Positions 15,686 to 20,602 of a DNA stretch of 20,602 nt are shown here, one piece after another. The stretch covers positions 1 through 20,602 of the forward strand of contig JAWBTW010000012.1 in the NCBI GenBank assembly GCA_039000165.1, in the 5' to 3' direction. This DNA is from Candidatus Aenigmatarchaeota archaeon. Lineage in GTDB: Archaea; Aenigmatarchaeota; Aenigmatarchaeia; CG10238-14; SCSR01. The translations under genes were made by a program, and so were the position numbers. Under the pieces are notes generated by a model. The model ran no database searches. It was not told where the DNA came from and worked only from the letters and a program-made list of their open reading frames with translations. The first letter of the stretch is position 1. Each line of letters begins with the position of its first letter.

Positions 15686-16683
15686 GATTTGCTAAAAATT
15701 TTCTCATATCTTTCGCAAAAATTCTTGAACTTTTCCTTGTTTTTGTACCAAGGAATAAAGAAAGTGATGAAAGTACTCTCTCCGTTTAACACATAGCCCA
15801 AAAACCCAGCTTTTATGAACAAGGATGCAATTTCTTTCCCTTCCCATCTATGTGAAAGAATAACAGGTTCAAAACACCTTTCCAAATCTTCCCTTTCATC
15901 TAGAACCTTCTCTTTGTGTATTGTTCTTTTCTTATGCTCTCTCAACTTATAAACAACTATATCTCCTGTTTTGGGCCAGTAAGCTACTTGACCAACTTTT
16001 CCGACAACTTTTCGGACAAACTCCATTTCACCATAATGGAATTGTTGCGAGAAACTATAAAGCATCCATGTGTTTTCTGTGTTAGCTAAGTAGAAGTTAA
16101 AGGGAAAAACTTTAAATAAAGGAGTTGCTTTCGAAAATGAAGCTTCTTTAAAATCTAAAGGTCTTACCTTTAACTTTAGAAAAGTATCAGGAAGCAAACC
16201 AGAACCCAAAACCAAAAGCTCTGGTCTTTTGTAAAGTTCGGCTATAAGTAAATCTTGGTCTCCCATCAAACTTCTCACATTTCTTACGATTCTTTCCCTA
16301 TCCTTAAGTTCAAAATTTCCTAAAGTGTTGGTTAGTAACGTAAAGAACTTTGGTCTTTCCTCACTTTTAATCAATCTTCTGAGTTTTTTCAAGCTTCTTA
16401 TATCATCCCTGATAACTTCTGCATCAGGATACCTTTCTTTACATATTTCAAGCATAGAAGGCGAAATGTCAACACCAATCCTTCTCTCAATATTGTTGTT
16501 TTGAAAAACTTTAAAGTCTAAACCACTGCCAACACCAAGTGCAACATGAACTTTACTCTTGTTTGGAAGGTAGTAGGAAAACATTTCCTGCTCTAATTCC
16601 CTTTCCTTTGGTGTAACCATGGTAATTTTTTCTTCCTCTTCTGCGTATTGTTTGCAAAATTCCTTGTTAAACCAAATCTTCAT
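15682..16683 (-). CDS. Class I SAM-dependent methyltransferase
   Basis: ALGVGSG motif I, GVDISPSMLEIC, DDIR, LTNTLGNF; C-terminal half not recognised. Confidence 0.8.
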   Translation of the reverse strand: MKIWFNKEFCKQYAEEEEKITMVTPKERELEQEMFSYYLPNKSKVHVALGVGSGLDFKVFQNNNIERRIGVDISPSMLEICKERYPDAEVIRDDIRSLKKLRRLIKSEERPKFFTLLTNTLGNFELKDRERIVRNVRSLMGDQDLLIAELYKRPELLVLGSGLLPDTFLKLKVRPLDFKEASFSKATPLFKVFPFNFYLANTENTWMLYSFSQQFHYGEMEFVRKVVGKVGQVAYWPKTGDIVVYKLREHKKRTIHKEKVLDEREDLERCFEPVILSHRWEGKEIASLFIKAGFLGYVLNGESTFITFFIPWYKNKEKFKNFCERYEKIFSKS

Positions 16684-16737
16684 AATTTACTCCAAAAACC
16701 TTAAAATATTTAAACCTAAAGAAAGAAGTATTTGGTG

Positions 16738-17040
16738 ATGCCAGCTTTGCGTTACAAACCAAAAAAAATTGCTGAGATAAACTTTGAGAAGGATAATAGA
16801 ATCGCTTTAATCGGGAAGGTTTTAGAACAACTGGAAAACAGTTTTTTCCTTGAAGATGAAACAGGAAATGTAGAAATATTTTTTGAAGGTGAATTGAAGA
16901 AAGGTCAGATAGTTAGAGCGTTTTGCTCTGTAATAGATGGCAAGCTCAAAGCTGATATTGTTCAAAGTTTAAGTGGCTTAGACCTGGAACTTTTAAGAAA
17001 AGTTGAAGAAATGTACGAAAAAGCAGGGTTAAGTATTTAA
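16738..17040 (+). CDS. Small OB-fold protein, RPA small-subunit (RPA14/RPA3)-like
   Basis: RIALIGKV, FFLEDETGNVEI, GQIVRAF, then a C-terminal helix LDLELLRKVEE; directly upstream of PCNA. Confidence 0.7.
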   Translation: MPALRYKPKKIAEINFEKDNRIALIGKVLEQLENSFFLEDETGNVEIFFEGELKKGQIVRAFCSVIDGKLKADIVQSLSGLDLELLRKVEEMYEKAGLSI

Positions 17041-17074
17041 AGGAAAATTTAGGTTTAATATAATAGGGCAGACC

Positions 17075-17824
17075 ATGTTTAAAGCAAAATTAAGCGATGT
17101 AAGCTTGCTTAGGGATTCAATTTCTACCATAGCTGAGTTAATAGATGAAGGTATTTTTAAAATAACAAAAGATGGGATAAGCTTGACTGCTGCTGATAGA
17201 GCCTTGGTAGCAGTAGTTGACTTTAAAATTTCTTCAAAAGCTTTTGACGAATATGAGGTTGAAAAAGAGCAGTCCATAGGAGTAAACATGGGTAATTTCT
17301 TGTCAGTACTAAAAAGAGCTGGAAGTGGAGATAAAGTAAGTTTGAGGCTTCAGGATTCTAAGCTTGAAGTAATTCTTGAGAATTCTTCAAGAAGAAGGTT
17401 TGTAGTTCCTTTAATAGACTTAAGCCAAGAAGAAGTTCCTCCTATCGAGCAACTTGAGTTTACCTCAAAAGCTGAGCTTAAGCCTGAGATTTTGGAAGCT
17501 GGAATCGAGGATGCAGAGGTTGTTTCTGATTCAGTTCTTTTCGAAGCTTCAAGGGAAAAGTTTTCGATGATAGCAGAAGGTGACATAAGCTCAGCTCAAC
17601 TTGAGTTAGAAAAAGGGAATGAAGCCCTTCTTGAATTAAAGGCTGATGGAAACGTTAGGGCAAGGTATCCCTTAGATTACTTGAAAAAAATGGTAAAAGC
17701 AGCTAAGATTGCTGATTCAGTAACTCTAGAATGGGGTCAAGATTATCCTATGAAGTTAAGCTTTAAGCTTGAAGATAAGCTTAGCTTAAACTTTGTTCTA
17801 GCTCCAAGGGTAATGGAAGAGTAA
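17075..17824 (+). CDS. pcn: DNA polymerase sliding clamp PCNA
   Basis: LIDEGIF, AADRALVAVVDF, AFDEYEV, YPLDYLKKM, DYPMKLSF, FVLAPRVMEE; 249 aa. Confidence 0.97.
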   Translation: MFKAKLSDVSLLRDSISTIAELIDEGIFKITKDGISLTAADRALVAVVDFKISSKAFDEYEVEKEQSIGVNMGNFLSVLKRAGSGDKVSLRLQDSKLEVILENSSRRRFVVPLIDLSQEEVPPIEQLEFTSKAELKPEILEAGIEDAEVVSDSVLFEASREKFSMIAEGDISSAQLELEKGNEALLELKADGNVRARYPLDYLKKMVKAAKIADSVTLEWGQDYPMKLSFKLEDKLSLNFVLAPRVMEE

Positions 17825-17826
17825 GC

Positions 17827-18411
17827 TCATTTAATTATAGCAGTTAAATCTTTAAAAGAAGTTACCTTAATTTCATAAGTTCTTCCTTCCAAATCTTTTA
17901 AAGTAAAGTCATGAACCTTTTTATGAGAAATTCCTCTTACATAGCTAGTTGCTCCACAACAATCTGAAACTATTATTACCTTATAATTTCTTTGGTAAGC
18001 TCCTTCTGCAGTAGCCCTAACACAATTATTCGTTAAAACTCCGCAGAGAATAACAGTACCTATATTTAAACCTTCTAAAATTTCTTCTAAATTCGTTTTA
18101 AAAAATGCGTCGAACCTATCTTTTCTTATTATTATGTCCTTATCCTTAGGTTTTATTTCCTCTATTATCTCCCAGCCTTTTGTACCTTCTATACAAGCTC
18201 TAACATTTTCTGGTTCTCCTATTTCTGCATTACTCTTATCAGGCTTAATAGTATGCTGAGTGTAAATGATGGGAATCTTTTTACTTCTGCAAAATTCTAT
18301 CAGATTTTTTACTTTTTTTATTAGCTTTTCATCAAGCATTTCGCAAGAATATTCTGACTTTCCTTTTTTAAAATCGTTTTGCATATCAATAACAAGCAAA
18401 GCTGGTTTCAT
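17827..18411 (-). CDS. Isochorismatase/nicotinamidase-family cysteine hydrolase
   Basis: ALLVIDMQNDF, RKDRFDAF, GVLTNNCVRATA; ATG 18411 preferred (alternatives 18417, 18435). Confidence 0.92.
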   Translation of the reverse strand: MKPALLVIDMQNDFKKGKSEYSCEMLDEKLIKKVKNLIEFCRSKKIPIIYTQHTIKPDKSNAEIGEPENVRACIEGTKGWEIIEEIKPKDKDIIIRKDRFDAFFKTNLEEILEGLNIGTVILCGVLTNNCVRATAEGAYQRNYKVIIVSDCCGATSYVRGISHKKVHDFTLKDLEGRTYEIKVTSFKDLTAIIK

Positions 18412-18438
18412 TTCCACAAAAAGAAATTGATTCAAACG

Positions 18439-19206
18439 CTATAAATACCTTAACTCTTCCTCGCCTTTAATTCTTGCCACAACTTCTACTATATCCTCAA
18501 ACCTTGCATGCTTTATTCTTTTAAGCATAGTCTCTTCTGTTTGAAAAATTCCTGCAGGATTTTCCATAGTTACTTCAATTCTTAAAGGCTTCTTTTCTCC
18601 TTCCAAAAATTTTACTTCTTCTATAGCTAAAGCGGAGAATTTGTGAATGTCAGTTTTTCCTACGCTAAAAGGAATTCTAGCTCGCCATTTCGTTATATCT
18701 GTAGAGTCAGCAACTTCTACTAATCTTGCTTCAAAACTTGTTGCGTCTTGATAACCCATATGGCAAACTATCGATTCAAGAACGAAGCAAGAAATTCTGT
18801 CAATTTTTTCTCTTTTATAGAATTTTCTGAGTATTCTTTGAACTATAGGATAAGCTATTACTGCTCCTATCAAGTCATGCCCTTCCCTACAAACAGAGCA
18901 GCCAATATCGTGCAAGTAAGCCCCTAATACTATGGCAACTTTTGCGTCTTCTTCGTTTCCAATCTTTTCTGTTACTATGTTAGGTTTAAAACCCTTTTTT
19001 GAAAGAATTTCAAAAATTTTTAAAGCGTTTAAAGCAGAAATTTCAGCATGAATTTTTCCATGGTCGTTATAGCCTAACCTTAACACTGCAAGATTGTTCG
19101 CCTGCTCTAGAAAAGCATCTATTTCCTTGTCCTTAAGCAAAAGATTGACTAATTTTTTTATTTTAGGAGTTTTTGCTATTTTTCTAAGCTCTTTTTCTAC
19201 TTCCAC
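18439..19206 (-). CDS. HD-domain phosphohydrolase (COG3294-like)
   Basis: RLGYNDHGKIH, AYLHDIG, CHM, VADSTD, DIHKFSALAIEEV; GTG start. Confidence 0.88.
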   Translation of the reverse strand: MEVEKELRKIAKTPKIKKLVNLLLKDKEIDAFLEQANNLAVLRLGYNDHGKIHAEISALNALKIFEILSKKGFKPNIVTEKIGNEEDAKVAIVLGAYLHDIGCSVCREGHDLIGAVIAYPIVQRILRKFYKREKIDRISCFVLESIVCHMGYQDATSFEARLVEVADSTDITKWRARIPFSVGKTDIHKFSALAIEEVKFLEGEKKPLRIEVTMENPAGIFQTEETMLKRIKHARFEDIVEVVARIKGEEELRYL

Positions 19207-19238
19207 TTTAATTATTTTGTTTTCCTGATAAAAATCTT

Positions 19239-19760
19239 TTATTCAAGAATTTTTCTTTCCATTTCCACAAATTCCTTATGTCTTTTTTCTATTTCTTCCA
19301 AAGTTTTTTGGATTGATTTATGTCTTTCTTCAAGCCTTTTGGGTATAGGCAAACCTTTTGTTTTGTGATAATTGTAAATTGCTTCATGTAAAGCGTCTAA
19401 GGCCAGAATCGAGCAGTGAATTTTTATCGGTGGGATTTTTTTCTCCCCACCAAGCTTTTTGATTAAATCTTCTTTATTTATCGTAAGCGCTTCTTCCAAG
19501 GTCTTTCCCTTAACCATTGTTGTAAGCATGCTAGTATTAGCTATAGCAACAACACAACCAAAAACTTCTCCTTTTACGTCAGAAATCCTTAGCTTGCCTT
19601 TTGAGTCTTTTTTAACCTTAAGATAAATTCTCATCACATCGCCACAAAGAATATTACCAGCTTCTCCTATTGCGTCAGGATTCTTCATTCTTCCTAGATT
19701 TTTTGGATTTTTAAAATGTCTGAGTATTTCTTTCGAATAAGGTAAACTAATTTTTCCCAT
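19239..19760 (-). CDS. iscU: Fe-S cluster scaffold IscU/NifU-like
   Basis: YSKEILRHFKNPKN, GNILCGDVM, FGCVVAIA, KIHCSILA. Confidence 0.93.
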   Translation of the reverse strand: MGKISLPYSKEILRHFKNPKNLGRMKNPDAIGEAGNILCGDVMRIYLKVKKDSKGKLRISDVKGEVFGCVVAIANTSMLTTMVKGKTLEEALTINKEDLIKKLGGEKKIPPIKIHCSILALDALHEAIYNYHKTKGLPIPKRLEERHKSIQKTLEEIEKRHKEFVEMERKILE

Positions 19761-20190
19761 TCAAATCTTCCTCTGTATAGATTTTTATTCCATTTTTGCT
19801 CAACAAGGCAGCAGTGACTCCGTTACCTTTTCTAATTTTCTTGTTAATCCAAGTCTTTCCAAAACCGCAAGAAGGACTTCCTGCTTTAAGAATCGCTTCC
19901 TTCACTCCCAATAGCTTTGCTATTCTAAGGACTTCTTTTGCACCTTTAACAAAATTTTTTGTTAAATCTTCCCCTTTTTCTGAAAAGACTTTTGCTTCAT
20001 TTTTTAAAACATATTCTCCGCTTTTGGTTAAGTAGGCAGGCTCTCTTGGAGTAGTTAACCCTCCAAGTTGTTCAGGACAAACAGGAATGGCTTCTCCTTT
20101 TCTTGCCATATCTAAAACTTTTTTGCTTAAGTTATTTTTCCCGTCATACTTACAGTTTATCCCTACTAAGCAAGCGCTAACTATTTTCAA
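19747..20190 (-). CDS. DUF523 / TudS (thiouracil desulfidase)-family Fe-S protein
   Basis: VSACLVGINCKYDG, VCPEQLGGLTTPREP, LKAGSPSCG, GVTAALL; TTG start. Confidence 0.9.
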   Translation of the reverse strand: MKIVSACLVGINCKYDGKNNLSKKVLDMARKGEAIPVCPEQLGGLTTPREPAYLTKSGEYVLKNEAKVFSEKGEDLTKNFVKGAKEVLRIAKLLGVKEAILKAGSPSCGFGKTWINKKIRKGNGVTAALLSKNGIKIYTEEDLNGKN

Positions 20191-20191
20191 A

Positions 20192-20602
20192 CTACCACTT
20201 CCCTTTGTAAGGAGAAACCTTTCTCAAATTCTCAATTGTTTGAGGCAAAACTTTAAGAACATATTCTATTTCTTCTTTTTTCGTCCATCTTCCTAAGCTA
20301 AGTCTTAAACTTCCATGAGCTTGGTGTGGCTTTAAGCCTATAGCAAGCAAAACATGGCTTGGTTCTAGACTTTCAGAAGAGCAAGCGCTCCCGGTTGAGG
20401 CTGCGATTCCTTTTATATCTAGGGCCATTACCAGACTTTCTCCTTCTATAAAATCAAACCAGAAACTTGAGATGTTTGGAAGCCTCTTATCAGGATGTCC
20501 GTTTAAATGAGAATTTTCTATCTTGAGAACTCCTTTTTCCAATTTTTTCCTTAAATTTTCTATTCTTTTGCTCTCTTTTTTCATTTCTTTTTTTGCAATT
20601 TC
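20192..20602 (-). CDS. iscS: Cysteine desulfurase IscS/NifS, C-terminal part (5' truncated by window edge)
   Basis: RLPNISS, IEGESL, STGSACSS (catalytic Cys), PSHVLLAIG, GSLRLSLGR; frame is open to the right edge. Confidence 0.95.
   Translation of the reverse strand, partial: EIAKKEMKKESKRIENLRKKLEKGVLKIENSHLNGHPDKRLPNISSFWFDFIEGESLVMALDIKGIAASTGSACSSESLEPSHVLLAIGLKPHQAHGSLRLSLGRWTKKEEIEYVLKVLPQTIENLRKVSPYKGKW

Noticed and set aside
10635..20296. Remaining short opposite-strand ORFs (10635, 11132, 12027, 12929, 13382, 14066, 14855, 15241, 17029, 17350, 19796, 20087)
   Set aside because: Antisense to recognised genes with no independent evidence
1..20602. CRISPR array, IS element, integrase, rRNA or tRNA
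   Set aside because: No spaced direct repeats, transposase or integrase motifs, or structured RNA seen by eye; nearly all sequence is protein-coding

Overview
AT-rich, very gene-dense archaeal window, standard genetic code. The fused PriS-PriL primase and compact gene set point to a DPANN archaeon, possibly Aenigmarchaeota-like (inference). Left part (+): 3' end of enolase, two membrane proteins, a CaCA exchanger, RtcA and a saccharopine-dehydrogenase-family oxidoreductase, then a frame-broken small membrane gene (-) and a half-size MFS gene (+). Centre (-): a tight run of Hsp20, Zn-ribbon-Hsp20, TIP49/RuvBL AAA+ ATPase and an unannotated 37-aa C2HC zinc-finger microprotein; then primase, an unannotated Cys-rich ORF with no canonical start, GINS51, L44e and S27e. 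Next come a COG1533-like radical SAM gene, L40e (not in the ORF track), a zinc-binding hypothetical, a beta-CASP nuclease ending in a PIP-box, DUF99, signal peptidase I, TFS, a SAM methyltransferase, a small RPA-like OB-fold protein and PCNA. Right end (-): iscS (partial), DUF523/TudS, iscU, HD hydrolase, isochorismatase family. I saw no tRNA, rRNA, CRISPR array or mobile element. Best candidate for an undescribed system: the sHSP-TIP49-zinc-finger operon with a palindrome over its promoter. All family calls come from motif recognition by eye, not database searches.
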